Origin: a virus
Lineage: Duplodnaviria; Caudoviricetes
IMG/VR virus record: IMGVR_UViG_3300011678_000001
Span: 1 to 64,000 of that record
Strand: one strand, 5' to 3'
Length of the DNA: 64,000 bases
Both the position numbers and the translations under genes were made by a program. Of this stretch, positions 1 to 9,743 are shown piece after piece (within the stretch, counting starts at the first letter, position 1; every line of letters starts with the position of its first letter). The notes below the pieces were generated by a model. The model was not told the origin of the DNA. It searched no databases and was given only the letters and a program-made list of their open reading frames with translations.

Positions 1-1836
1 AACAAGGACAAAGTGGCCAGTCTACGTGATGTCCATGAAGGCTACCTGATCGCTCAGAAGCTGTTCTCGCCGTACGACAGCGATGAGTTGTCTAACCTGT
101 ACGTCTGGTTCCATCGTCGCTTCCTGCCTGCGTTCTTGGCGTTCTGTTCATCGGTCCGGCAACGGGCCAACATCGATGCGCAGGATGCTGCCAAACGCCT
201 TGACCCGCAACAACTGTTTGATATCCTGAAAGAAACCGCTGTCGCCACAGACGGCGCGGGCATCTCGGTGTGGGACATTGAGGAATCGCCTTGGAAGCAC
301 TACGTCCTTAACGACGACCCTGCCTCCATTGATAAACCCCTCGATGCACTGCAACTGAAGATCAAGGACAAACTGCTACAAGAACCGAAGACGGCCAACA
401 AAGGGATCGTGCGAGACAAAGATGGCAACGTCATCGTTGAGGACCCGAACCAAGTCAACCGTCCAGGTGCAACGGACTCACAAGGCCCGAACGGGAACGG
501 CGGTCTACCCGACCTGTCGGAAAAGAAAGAAGGCGTGATCTCAAGCATGTGGTCGGGCTTTAAGAGTGCGCTTGGGTTCGGTGATAAAGCCCCGCAACAA
601 GGTGGCCTAAACCAGCAAGGGCAATCGACAGCACCTGGTGGCGGTAGTATCGCAGGTGGCACACCTGTGGAACATCCAGGTGGTGGTACCGGCGGTAACA
701 TCAATGACATTCCAGTGCCGAAGGGTGATGGTTGGGAAGCCAACCGTGAAACCTTGATGGCGGCGGCAAACATGGTGGGGATCGACCCTACTCTGGCTGC
801 CAGTATCGCTGGGGTGGAATCTGGCTTCCGTCCGAATGCCCTGCCGTACCGCAATCCGAAGAACCCGGCAGCCGGTGTCCTGTCGTCAGCCGCCAGCTAC
901 TACCAGGTGATTAAAGGCACTTGGAAAGGCCTGATGGCTAAGTACGCACAGAAGTACGGGATCAACCCAGGCACCACGCAACACGATCCACGCGCCAACG
1001 CCCTGTTGGGTCTGGAGTACATCAAGGAAAACGTCGATACCATCAAGAAGGTTAAATCCAACGTGACGGACACCGATGTCTACTTGGCACACTTCCTAGG
1101 CCCAGGTGGTGCACGGCGGTTCCTGTCGGCTCCTCCGGGAGACCCAGCGACGAACCACGTGGGAGCGGATCAGGCCAAATCCAACCCAGCAATCTTCTAC
1201 TCGGCTAATGGACGTCCTCGGACGGTGGCTGAAGTGTACGGTGACTTCGACAAGAAATTGAAGAAGCACCGGAAAGGTGATGCATCCCAGATAGCGCAAA
1301 GCTTGAAGGGTGGGGCGGTCGAAGCCGTTGCAAGTTCCGAAGAAGGCAATGCTGCAGAACCGGCAGCGCGTGTAGAGGACACCACCTTCGCTCTGGCCGA
1401 TACGACGATGCCGTCGATGGTCCGTCCGATGGAAGCCCCTGCAAGCCCGACCAATACTGTGGTAGAAGCTTCGTCGTCACCCGAGACGTTGAACCTGACG
1501 GAACGGGCCAACACGCGTCAAACTCAGAACAGCACCGCTGGACTGATGATGGCAGCGCGCACGGCTGAAGTTCAAAGCTCGACCCAAGCCAAAGCGGCAT
1601 CCAACACCTACGGGGGTCTGGACCGCAACATGGAGCGTCTGGTAGGCGTGAACGAATCACAGCTTGAACAGCTGATCACGCTTGTTAGCCTGCTTCAGAA
1701 AGGCACTGCACTGCCAGGTCAAGGTAGCAAAGAGCAACAGCTCGTTGCCCAGGCCGGTAAGCAGACCACGCAGAACCCGGTGATCAATACCCCAAAAGCG
1801 GCAACGCGGGGTACAGTCTCGGTTGGGCGAGTCTAA
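1..1836 (+). CDS. Tail-associated lytic transglycosylase (phiKZ gp181-like), 5'-truncated
   Basis: Frame is open from position 1. SLT-like motifs IAGVESGFRPNA, SSAASYYQVIKGTW, YLAHFLGPGGA inside a long Gly/Ala-rich virion-type protein. Confidence 0.8.
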   Translation, partial: NKDKVASLRDVHEGYLIAQKLFSPYDSDELSNLYVWFHRRFLPAFLAFCSSVRQRANIDAQDAAKRLDPQQLFDILKETAVATDGAGISVWDIEESPWKHYVLNDDPASIDKPLDALQLKIKDKLLQEPKTANKGIVRDKDGNVIVEDPNQVNRPGATDSQGPNGNGGLPDLSEKKEGVISSMWSGFKSALGFGDKAPQQGGLNQQGQSTAPGGGSIAGGTPVEHPGGGTGGNINDIPVPKGDGWEANRETLMAAANMVGIDPTLAASIAGVESGFRPNALPYRNPKNPAAGVLSSAASYYQVIKGTWKGLMAKYAQKYGINPGTTQHDPRANALLGLEYIKENVDTIKKVKSNVTDTDVYLAHFLGPGGARRFLSAPPGDPATNHVGADQAKSNPAIFYSANGRPRTVAEVYGDFDKKLKKHRKGDASQIAQSLKGGAVEAVASSEEGNAAEPAARVEDTTFALADTTMPSMVRPMEAPASPTNTVVEASSSPETLNLTERANTRQTQNSTAGLMMAARTAEVQSSTQAKAASNTYGGLDRNMERLVGVNESQLEQLITLVSLLQKGTALPGQGSKEQQLVAQAGKQTTQNPVINTPKAATRGTVSVGRV

Positions 1837-1844
1837 GTTACGGT

Positions 1845-1877
1845 GTGAGGGGGAAACCCCTCACCCTATTTTCGTTT
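1845..1877 (+). terminator. Stem-loop terminator
   Basis: GTGAGGGG-GAAA-CCCCTCAC followed by a T-rich tail, just after the stop codon. Confidence 0.7.
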
Positions 1878-1887
1878 ATCAGAGGTC

Positions 1888-3972
1888 ATGTACATGGACA
1901 ACATCTTAGATGACAGCTGGGTGAAATCGGCATTCTTGTTGCCATCGGATGCCATTATTGGTGGCAACGAAGCGGTGGTCAATCGCATCTATTCAACCTC
2001 GATGCAAAAGGCAACCGACACCACCTTGGGTGGGAACTTCGTTATCAACCCGTTGCCTCAGTTCACCCGTTACGCGGACCTGAAACACAACGTCTACACC
2101 AGCTCGCATGCGCGGGGCAAGACGGTGTTGGTACCCGATGTCAGCCGCAACAATCAAACCAACTCCACCTCATCCAATGGCATGGGGCGGACGTACAGCG
2201 AAAAGATCGACGACAACATGCAGGTGGTCCATTTCCGTATGGGCTTTCCGAAGTTCAACAGCATGACGTCCTTCTACGCGAACTATTACTCCATCCCGGC
2301 GGCCAGTCTGGCCCGTACCGGCCGTGCCCCTGGGTTCTTCTACACCTTGGGTTGGACGCTGGGTTCGATTGCTACCATCCCCATGATGCCGTTCATCTTG
2401 GCGGGTAAAGCGATCAACTTCTTCCTCAATCGTCCGGCGAGTAAGTACTACTACTTGAAGCCGTCGATGTTGCCGTACTGGCAAGCCGTGTCCTCCATGG
2501 TCAACGGTGTCGCAGCGAACATGGGCATCATCCCTCGTCCGTTCTATGAAGGCGCCAAAGCGCTGCACAGTAAGGATGAGCAGGTCGACCGAACCGACGT
2601 TGAGAACTATGCGCGCCTGATTCCCTCGATCTACCGTAAAGACGGGGGTCTGGATGTCTTTGCCATTGCCAACCGTGGACAGCGTCTGGTGAACAACCGG
2701 CACAAGCTGCTCAATAACGAGTTGCAGGGATTGACGTCCAAGGAAGCCGTCAAGGCAGCGTTCAAGAAGCGTCTGTATGGCGAAGACTTGGGCGAGGTAT
2801 TCAACAGTGTGCGAAACAGCTCAGACACCACCCTACAGGCCTACGTGGACCTGTGGCGGAACAATGAGATGCTCGGCAAGATGGAAGTCTCAGAAGCCTT
2901 GGAAAACAAAGAGGTCGCTGAGAAGGAAGGGCGGTTGGAAGACGGGTATATCTCCCGTGCCAAAGATGCGTTCCTCTCTGAAGCCCGGATGGGTTCGGAG
3001 TTTCTGACCTTGCGGGTTGACCATACCGGCACCCAGAGTGAATCGTTTAACAACTCTGCCAAAGAAGCCTCGATTGGCCAGCAGATCAACTCGATCTCAG
3101 CCAGTGCTCGTGAGACGCGCTTTAGCATGTTTGACGGTAACCTTGAAGGCACCGGAATCATTGGGGCGTCCTACGATGCCTTGAAAGACTTCATGGCAGG
3201 CGCGACACAAGGGATCGGTATTCAAGGGCTGGCTCAGTTGGCAGGTTCTGCCTACGTTGACATCCCGAAGGTCTGGGAAAGCTCTAGCTGCGACTTTAAC
3301 AAGTTGTCGCTGAACATCCCGCTGCGTTCTCCCTATGGTGATCCGGTGTCTCGGCTTCAGAACCTGATTCTGCCGCTGTGCTGCATCTTTGCCATGTCGG
3401 TACCCTTGGCTACGGGTAAACAGTCGCACACCGCTCCGTTCTTGATTGAGTACTTCGCTCAAGGCCGGGCCCATTCTCGTTTGGCGATGGTGGATTCATT
3501 GACCATTACCCGTGGTGTTGGTGATGTGGGCTGGAACAACGTAGGCGGCTTTCTGGGCGTGGACATTCAGTTAGGTCTACTGGACTTGACCAATGCCATC
3601 AACATGCCGCTAAACCCCGCGTTCGAGTTCTCAGACCGCGTGATACAGGCTGCCGGTTACGGTATTGGTAAAGGGGTGAGCTTCCTGGCCCCGTCTGATG
3701 TCGACACTGCTAAGATCGGCGAACAAGCCGCCTCGGCACTGTTGGGTTCGACTTACGACGATGATAACAGCTACACGGACTACCTGGCAATTCTGGCAGG
3801 CATTCCCTTGGAGCAAGAGATCAACGGTCTGCGTAAGTGGGCTGTCCGCTTGGCACGTCAACGTGTGGCCTTCGACGACGCTCAGTCGCCAGATCGCGCC
3901 GTGATGTGGGCCATGTCGGGCGTGTTCGGTGACATGGCGAAAGCCATCGGCAATGCCACCGATCGTCAGTAA
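1888..3972 (+). CDS. Virion structural protein (phiKZ gp182-like)
   Basis: 694-aa ORF with GAGG RBS; follows the gp181-like gene as recalled for phiKZ-like phages. Confidence 0.6.
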   Translation: MYMDNILDDSWVKSAFLLPSDAIIGGNEAVVNRIYSTSMQKATDTTLGGNFVINPLPQFTRYADLKHNVYTSSHARGKTVLVPDVSRNNQTNSTSSNGMGRTYSEKIDDNMQVVHFRMGFPKFNSMTSFYANYYSIPAASLARTGRAPGFFYTLGWTLGSIATIPMMPFILAGKAINFFLNRPASKYYYLKPSMLPYWQAVSSMVNGVAANMGIIPRPFYEGAKALHSKDEQVDRTDVENYARLIPSIYRKDGGLDVFAIANRGQRLVNNRHKLLNNELQGLTSKEAVKAAFKKRLYGEDLGEVFNSVRNSSDTTLQAYVDLWRNNEMLGKMEVSEALENKEVAEKEGRLEDGYISRAKDAFLSEARMGSEFLTLRVDHTGTQSESFNNSAKEASIGQQINSISASARETRFSMFDGNLEGTGIIGASYDALKDFMAGATQGIGIQGLAQLAGSAYVDIPKVWESSSCDFNKLSLNIPLRSPYGDPVSRLQNLILPLCCIFAMSVPLATGKQSHTAPFLIEYFAQGRAHSRLAMVDSLTITRGVGDVGWNNVGGFLGVDIQLGLLDLTNAINMPLNPAFEFSDRVIQAAGYGIGKGVSFLAPSDVDTAKIGEQAASALLGSTYDDDNSYTDYLAILAGIPLEQEINGLRKWAVRLARQRVAFDDAQSPDRAVMWAMSGVFGDMAKAIGNATDRQ

Positions 3973-3979
3973 CATTCGT

Positions 3980-4016
3980 CATAGGGCCCAGGGCAGTTGC
4001 CCTGGGCCTTTATGCG
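3980..4016. terminator. Bidirectional hairpin (CATA-stem-TATGC type)
   Basis: CATA-GGGCCCAGGGC-AGTT-GCCCTGGGCC-TTTATGCG between convergent genes. Confidence 0.75.
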
Positions 4017-5021
4017 TCATGACAAGTTGGTGACCATCAACGGGTATTGCTCACGCAGCACTTCATCGGTGGTGACTTCTGGAAAGTACGGGGCGATCTG
4101 AATCAATGGTCCGATCACCGCATGATTATCCAGTGTTTGGATCGCATCGGTGGATGCCCCTGCCAAGGCAGACAGGTCATAGATGTCTTCACCGCCACGA
4201 CTGACCAGGTACCAACGTGGGTTCAATTGAGACAGAGTGTCCACCACGAGGTTGGCGTAAGTCGGGATGTCAGCTGGACGGGTCTCAGGCAGCTTAAAAC
4301 GCCCCAGGAAGACCTTTATGTAGTCTGGCTTATGGGTGATGACCGTTTCAGCGCCAAGCTCTGTGATGACGTGCTGTGTCGCTTCTAGGGACCCTGATGC
4401 AGCCACGACGGGTAGGCTGTAAATCATCGCCTGACGGTAGACTTCAGGATCGATGTACTGCTTGACGTCACGGGAGTAATCAAACGCCCCATAACCCGCC
4501 GCTTCTGTAAAGGCAGCACCCCAGACAGCGGACTCATACCCGATGTTGATCATCCGGGCAAATTCAGGATTGCCTGAGAGATCACCGACTAACCCAAGCA
4601 GGTTACCGTAGTTGGTGATGTCTGCGGGGTCGCCGTATTGCATCTGCCGCGCAACGGATTCGCCTGTGGTCTTGATCTTGTTGACCAAGCTGGGGTCCAT
4701 GTCAATGAACGCCCCTGCCTTGTCCAAGACCGTATCGCCCACGTTACGCAAGATACCAATGGTGCTGGTGTTGAACATCCCCAGACCACTTTCCAGCATT
4801 TGCCGGCCGGTTGCCCCTGAGGTCTTCAAGGACATCAGGTTGGTCAGGCCGTTGGCCAATCCACGCAACCCGCCTGCTCGGTCAATGGCTTGGTTAGCCA
4901 CGCCTTTGGATGCTTCGTAGATCTTGTTGATAGGCCGCGTGCTGGTGAGGTCATAGGCATCAGCCACCTCGAGTTTTTCGGTGTTGTTTGTACGAAACAA
5001 CGGAGTAGAGATCAGTGACAT
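4017..5021 (-). CDS. Hypothetical protein, probably virion structural
   Basis: Long ORF. Start moved to ATG 5021 (MSLISTP) with GGGG 6 nt upstream, because the upstream extension runs through a hairpin. Confidence 0.6.
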   Translation of the reverse strand: MSLISTPLFRTNNTEKLEVADAYDLTSTRPINKIYEASKGVANQAIDRAGGLRGLANGLTNLMSLKTSGATGRQMLESGLGMFNTSTIGILRNVGDTVLDKAGAFIDMDPSLVNKIKTTGESVARQMQYGDPADITNYGNLLGLVGDLSGNPEFARMINIGYESAVWGAAFTEAAGYGAFDYSRDVKQYIDPEVYRQAMIYSLPVVAASGSLEATQHVITELGAETVITHKPDYIKVFLGRFKLPETRPADIPTYANLVVDTLSQLNPRWYLVSRGGEDIYDLSALAGASTDAIQTLDNHAVIGPLIQIAPYFPEVTTDEVLREQYPLMVTNLS

Positions 5022-5056
5022 GACCATCCCCAACAAAGAAAAAAGAAAGTGTGAGT

Positions 5057-5080
5057 CATGAGGGACCGAAGTCCCCCATG
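5057..5080 (-). terminator. Stem-loop terminator
   Basis: Minus strand: GGGAC-TTCG-GTCCC hairpin flanked by CATG, followed by TTTCTTTTTTCTTTG. Confidence 0.6.
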
Positions 5081-5089
5081 CGGTCACCG

Positions 5090-5716
5090 TTACTGGTCGC
5101 CTGGCTCGCTCGAAGCGGCTTTATCCAGGTTGTCGAGCTGGTACTTGATGTCCTCGCTCAACTCGGCCCGAATGACATCCAACGAACCGGTGTTCTTCAG
5201 TGCCGTACGCAGCAGCATCCAATAATCGAGCTGCCACTGATGACGGTCCTGCATCATGATCTTCTTACCGTAGAGGTAGTAGTGGGCCAGTGGAAGTTCA
5301 TTGGCCAACAGATCGCGTTGCAGGGCTGGATTCTTCTCCAGCTTCTCCAGCATGCCCAGCTTGAACATCTTGCTGAACAGGGCGTAGTGGGCGGTGGGCA
5401 GTTTCTTACCCAGTTCCCGTGCGGCTACACCTTTGATGATGCGGAAGTTGTTGTCTTTGAAGCCGGTCTTCATGTAAAACCACAGTCCTTCCAGTGTGCG
5501 GAAGTGACCGAAATACGGGTGCTCAATGTTGCACTCGGACAGATTGCTCAGTGCACGACCCAATGAGGTGGCGCCACGCGAGTACACGTTGATGTGGGTC
5601 TTCCCATCTTCTTCCGGGTTGATTGCCGGGTTGGCCGAAGCCTTGGGGGTGCTGTCATTAGACATGGCTGCAAGGTTCCTGTTAAAACTGGGTGGACTAC
5701 TCTGGGTGTGGTTCAT
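5090..5716 (-). CDS. NADAR-like (T4 gp30.3-like) protein
   Basis: ALSNL...HFRTLEGLW..MK...KGVAARELG...KNPALQRDLL matches the recalled NADAR/gp30.3 pattern. Alternative start at 5665. Confidence 0.55.
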   Translation of the reverse strand: MNHTQSSPPSFNRNLAAMSNDSTPKASANPAINPEEDGKTHINVYSRGATSLGRALSNLSECNIEHPYFGHFRTLEGLWFYMKTGFKDNNFRIIKGVAARELGKKLPTAHYALFSKMFKLGMLEKLEKNPALQRDLLANELPLAHYYLYGKKIMMQDRHQWQLDYWMLLRTALKNTGSLDVIRAELSEDIKYQLDNLDKAASSEPGDQ

Positions 5717-6324
5717 TCCGTATCACCGATGTCCTTAGGGAGGTTGCGGTTAAGCACCTGATCGAGTCGGGTACGTTTACCAGGGTCAGGGCGTACCATG
5801 ACAGGACGGACATCCGGCGGTTCATGTGCATCGATCTGCTGGATGATCTTGTCCAACTCCGCATCGGTGACAGAGTCATCTTCGTCGTTGTAATCCACGA
5901 TGTCTGCGTCAGGGTCAAGACCCTTTCCGGAGACGACGGAGGACAGGTTATCAATCGCCGCATACGGGTTCTTGAACATGTCCGTGTTGACGGTGACCTC
6001 ACGGCCGTCGCGCATGACCATCGTAATGCTCATAGAATAGCGAACAGGGCCGAGAATCTGCACGGCTTTCTGAAACGTCTTGAAGGTGATCTGCTTTTTA
6101 GCGATCGCTCGGTTAAAGTTATTTCGCTCTTGACCGATGTCCTTAGCGTTCTTGGGAACACGGGATAACGGACTGGAGAGAAACGCGGTGAGTCGGCGGT
6201 TCCAAGGTTTGGCTTCAATGCCAAGTTCCCTGAGAATCTTCCGAAAGAGATGCGTCAATGGATTAGCAGCTTCACGAAGAAGCTTGTTTTCGTCATCCAT
6301 CATCCGACGTTGTTCTTTGCTCAT
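5713..6324 (-). CDS. Hypothetical protein
   Basis: 203-aa ORF; stop overlaps the next start (ATGA). Confidence 0.7.
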   Translation of the reverse strand: MSKEQRRMMDDENKLLREAANPLTHLFRKILRELGIEAKPWNRRLTAFLSSPLSRVPKNAKDIGQERNNFNRAIAKKQITFKTFQKAVQILGPVRYSMSITMVMRDGREVTVNTDMFKNPYAAIDNLSSVVSGKGLDPDADIVDYNDEDDSVTDAELDKIIQQIDAHEPPDVRPVMVRPDPGKRTRLDQVLNRNLPKDIGDTE

Positions 6325-6345
6325 GAGGGGTGATTCCTAGATGAA

Positions 6346-6825
6346 TTATCTCAGACAGGCACGACTGGCTTTAATCAGTTCGAGCACGTCTTCGACGACG
6401 AAGTTGCATTTGCGTTGGTAATACTCGCTATCAGCAGCATCCAGAGCTTGGAAGCCTTTAGCGAGCTTGAGGGTGTAGTGACGGTACTGAAGCAACCAAT
6501 CCAAAGGATGGATCAGGTCTTCACCGTCGGCAATGTATTCTTCCAGGCTGCGTTCACCAAACAAGATTGTCCGAGACTTCCACTTCTCAGGCAGGTATTG
6601 CTGTTTGCTGACGAACACTGAAGCCTCAATAATAAGCTTGCTCAACTCATCCAATCCAGATGATGCGACAGACAGGCTTACCACTCGGGCTTTTGAGGGT
6701 GAGAAGGTGCGTTTATTCAGTTCATCGAGTTCTCCTAGTTGCAAGATTAAGGTTTCATAAATCGAGGTGCCTTTCGGCGGTTCAGGCTCTTTTGGCTTAA
6801 GCCACGGGAATAGGTTTCTCAACAT
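6346..6825 (-). CDS. Hypothetical protein
   Basis: 159-aa ORF with GGGG RBS, co-oriented with neighbours. Confidence 0.65.
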   Translation of the reverse strand: MLRNLFPWLKPKEPEPPKGTSIYETLILQLGELDELNKRTFSPSKARVVSLSVASSGLDELSKLIIEASVFVSKQQYLPEKWKSRTILFGERSLEEYIADGEDLIHPLDWLLQYRHYTLKLAKGFQALDAADSEYYQRKCNFVVEDVLELIKASRACLR

Positions 6826-6883
6826 GTTGTTGCCCCAGCACGATCACTCTTCTCAATCCTATGAGTGACTTACTTTTTCGGAG

Positions 6884-7414
6884 ATGTACGCGATGTCAAG
6901 CATTAACCCCATTGAAGGCGAATTGATGCCTGTCGCTGATAATGAATACCTCGGCAATGCGCCGATGGACATAAATGATTCGGTCGACCCGTCTGACATC
7001 ATCAAGACCACCCAAGCGATTCGGGTGGCCATGGTGAAGAATGAACTCAAACACGGTGTCCCTAAGATCGATAAGGACGCAAACACGTTGCTTCAAGTCC
7101 TACGAGATATGGACCAGGCGGCCCTGACCACTCGGAAGATTGACGTGGAAGAACGCAACGTCAATGAATCGGAGCGGTTGGCGCAGGCACAGAATGAACT
7201 GCTCAGGATGCTGGGCGGCAAGAACCCGTTCGCTGTAGACCTGACAGCAGGCTCGGCACCGCCTGTGGCACACCGGGAACCCCCGAAGCTACCAGACGCT
7301 GTAGTGGTCCCGGATGTCACCACTCAAGGTACGCAGCCGGTGAACTACGAAGACTTCGTCTCGTCGGTCGAAGCGGCTGAACGTTCCTTGCTGGAAGAAT
7401 CAGACGAAGATTGA
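6884..7414 (+). CDS. Hypothetical protein
   Basis: 176-aa ORF preceded by AATCCTATG (late-promoter-like) and GGAG; start may be 6893. Confidence 0.7.
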   Translation: MYAMSSINPIEGELMPVADNEYLGNAPMDINDSVDPSDIIKTTQAIRVAMVKNELKHGVPKIDKDANTLLQVLRDMDQAALTTRKIDVEERNVNESERLAQAQNELLRMLGGKNPFAVDLTAGSAPPVAHREPPKLPDAVVVPDVTTQGTQPVNYEDFVSSVEAAERSLLEESDED

Positions 7415-8163
7415 TCCTCATCGTCTTCCGGCATGCGGTACGACCCTGGGACAATGAAGCAGAAGTCGACAACCGGCATGTGTTCGATGTGCAGGAAGTC
7501 TTGCATCACCAGCTCAAAGAGTCCGTGCTTATCGGCTTCACGGAACACCTCACCTTCGTTCGTTTCAAACGCCCCAGGCTCTTTTGAAAAGAGCTTGGGG
7601 ACTATGACCGACAGCCCGTTTAACGGCTTGCCTAACAGGGCATCGCCATGGACTTCTAACCAGCTGTGGATGTCGTATGTCACCCAACCGTTGTAGTACC
7701 GGTCGAAGAACTCAGGGTCCAGTTGCTGGCGTGAATAGCTGCCTACCCCCACCTGGACATAAGGCGGAAGCAGGTGCCGGAGACAGTTCTTGATTGATTC
7801 GAGGAACGGGCCTGGAATGACGTAGGGGTGAATGTTGATGTCGATGTTGATTGCCGACACATCCACCTTGCGGAACAGGCGTTCTTTCAGCCCTTCCACG
7901 TACGTGATCAAGACCGGGACCATCCCTGTGATCAAGCTCTTCTTCAGGACATCGAGGTCACGTTTGGCATAACGCGCGTTGAACGCCTCTGTGGTGATAT
8001 GGCCCTGAGTCAGAGCCGTGTAGTCATCCAAGAGACGTTCGCGGTACGCTTTACCCGACAGGTACGTGGTCACCTTAGGATCAAGGTCGATCAGCGTACC
8101 CATGCGGGTGTCAAACAGGCAATCGATATCCAATAACAGGTTGTACGCGCTGCTTTTATGCAC
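7345..8163 (-). CDS. Hypothetical protein (N-terminal LLLDIDCLFD, HAD-like DxD)
   Basis: Start moved to GTG 8163 with CAGGAG RBS. 3' end overlaps the convergent gene by about 70 nt. Confidence 0.65.
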   Translation of the reverse strand: MHKSSAYNLLLDIDCLFDTRMGTLIDLDPKVTTYLSGKAYRERLLDDYTALTQGHITTEAFNARYAKRDLDVLKKSLITGMVPVLITYVEGLKERLFRKVDVSAINIDINIHPYVIPGPFLESIKNCLRHLLPPYVQVGVGSYSRQQLDPEFFDRYYNGWVTYDIHSWLEVHGDALLGKPLNGLSVIVPKLFSKEPGAFETNEGEVFREADKHGLFELVMQDFLHIEHMPVVDFCFIVPGSYRMPEDDEDQSSSDSSSKERSAASTDETKSS

Positions 8164-8178
8164 AGCAGACTCCTGAAT

Positions 8179-8195
8179 ATAATGTATTGCTGAAA
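8179..8195 (-). promoter_or_regulatory. Putative phage early promoter (TTTCAGCAATACATTAT)
   Basis: Related motif recurs at 41692, 44408 and 62653, always intergenic on the minus strand; resembles the phiKZ early TATATTAC element. Confidence 0.5.
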
Positions 8196-8198
8196 GAT

Positions 8199-8684
8199 TT
8201 ACTGGTCGAATTGTCCAAGCGAGATCAGCATGAGGAAGATCAGCCAATGGTTGTTCTTCATCAACTCTGCCATCTGCTCACTGGACGCCACGTGCTCACG
8301 GGTTTCTGCTGGAATCGCCGAGGCACGGGACGGCCAGGACAAGCTCGCAGCCAGATGGGCGATGAACCCTTCGTAATGACCAGACGGAATGGGATTGTTC
8401 AACCACACGAACGTTGAGCCATTCATGTAAAAGTCAAACATGGTCTGCTTGGCTTCACCTTCAAGCTCTTCGTTATCCACATACCGCAACCAGAGACCTT
8501 GTGCTTCAACCATGTCACGGATGCTGTACCAGCGAATCCGGCGCAGTTGAGGCAGGTCCTGTTCGTAAAACTGTTCTTTCAGCCCGAGTGCCAGGTTGAC
8601 CTTGTTGTCGAAGAACCCAGAGAGCCACACGTCGGTGGATTTCATGAGCCCATCGAGAATACGTTTGTCGATGTCCGCTGACAT
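8199..8684 (-). CDS. Hypothetical protein
   Basis: 161-aa ORF starting 3 nt after the upstream stop. Confidence 0.7.
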   Translation of the reverse strand: MSADIDKRILDGLMKSTDVWLSGFFDNKVNLALGLKEQFYEQDLPQLRRIRWYSIRDMVEAQGLWLRYVDNEELEGEAKQTMFDFYMNGSTFVWLNNPIPSGHYEGFIAHLAASLSWPSRASAIPAETREHVASSEQMAELMKNNHWLIFLMLISLGQFDQ

Positions 8685-8687
8685 GGA

Positions 8688-9389
8688 TTAGACCTCGTCC
8701 AAGTTGTTGTCAATCATCATGCCCCGGTAAAGGGTCGCGACTGTAGAAGTTGAACTGGTGACACCACCGCCTTCGGTGACGTCTTCGATGCTGGCCTCGC
8801 CGTTCTCGATCAACTGACGATCGAACTCGACTTGGGCTGTCCGGTCACCACCGCGAATCTTGATCTCTTCGATCAAGGTCTGTTCAAGGCCTTGGGCGAG
8901 CTGGGACTGCAGTTCCGGGAAGGAGATCTTCGACCCCTTGGATTTACCGGTAACCTGCCCCGACATCTCGTCCACGTGCCGAGCGTTCTCGGGGATGGAG
9001 GACTTCTTGGTGAGCATCTGCGCCTGACGCCGTACGGTCATGTCAAGCACAAGGTATTTTTGCGGTGTCAGGAACACAACACCTGTCTGCGGGTCGGTGA
9101 GCCAGAGACGCTCAAAGAACGGATGTCCGATCTTCTCCGCCACTACCATCAAAGAATCCATGGTGATCCGTGGGTCTTTAAGGTTCGGCGAATAAAATGG
9201 CAGGATTTCCTGCGTGGTCCGGCCTTCTTCAGTGGCAGGTTTTGCCAATGCGCGCATGTACTCATCGAACTCGGTATCCGACATGGCATCCAGGCGTTGC
9301 TTGGTCAGCTCACCATTATAGGTGTCACCCGGAATAATTCCGTTGATGGCATCAACGATGAACGCTGTAACCTCTTGACGACTGGCCAT
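8688..9389 (-). CDS. Virion RNA polymerase beta-subunit C-terminal fragment (phiKZ gp149-like)
   Basis: RRQAQMLTKK...SGQVTGKSKGSKISFPELQSQLAQGLEQTLIEEIKIRGGD parallels the RpoB C-terminus ([41 protein letters not shown]); lies near UvsX. Confidence 0.75.
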   Translation of the reverse strand: MASRQEVTAFIVDAINGIIPGDTYNGELTKQRLDAMSDTEFDEYMRALAKPATEEGRTTQEILPFYSPNLKDPRITMDSLMVVAEKIGHPFFERLWLTDPQTGVVFLTPQKYLVLDMTVRRQAQMLTKKSSIPENARHVDEMSGQVTGKSKGSKISFPELQSQLAQGLEQTLIEEIKIRGGDRTAQVEFDRQLIENGEASIEDVTEGGGVTSSTSTVATLYRGMMIDNNLDEV

Positions 9390-9399
9390 AGTAGATACC

Positions 9400-9684
9400 T
9401 TAGTGCTGAGTCGGCAAGTTGTGGGAGACGATGGTTGGCAGGACCAGGGTGCGGAAGTGACGCAACCAGTCTTGCGGCGCGATGTCGTCTACCAGGCATG
9501 TACGGGCCGAGATGGTGGAGGTGTGCAGGGCAGCCAACTCATTGCGCCAGAACCGATTCAGTTCACGGATCTCAGCACTTTCGTTGTCAGCATTGCAGTG
9601 GAAGGCACGGGCAAAGCGCGTGGCCGCATTAGGATTCTGACCGGCGAGCAAATCGGCGACGGCAGTGGCAATCCGAGTAGTCAT
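9400..9684 (-). CDS. Hypothetical protein
   Basis: 94-aa ORF with GGAGA RBS. Confidence 0.65.
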   Translation of the reverse strand: MTTRIATAVADLLAGQNPNAATRFARAFHCNADNESAEIRELNRFWRNELAALHTSTISARTCLVDDIAPQDWLRHFRTLVLPTIVSHNLPTQH

Positions 9685-9743
9685 GGAAGTCTCTCCAGTG
9701 GGACGGAATGGCCGGTGGCAACGCGCACACCGGCCTCAGATTA

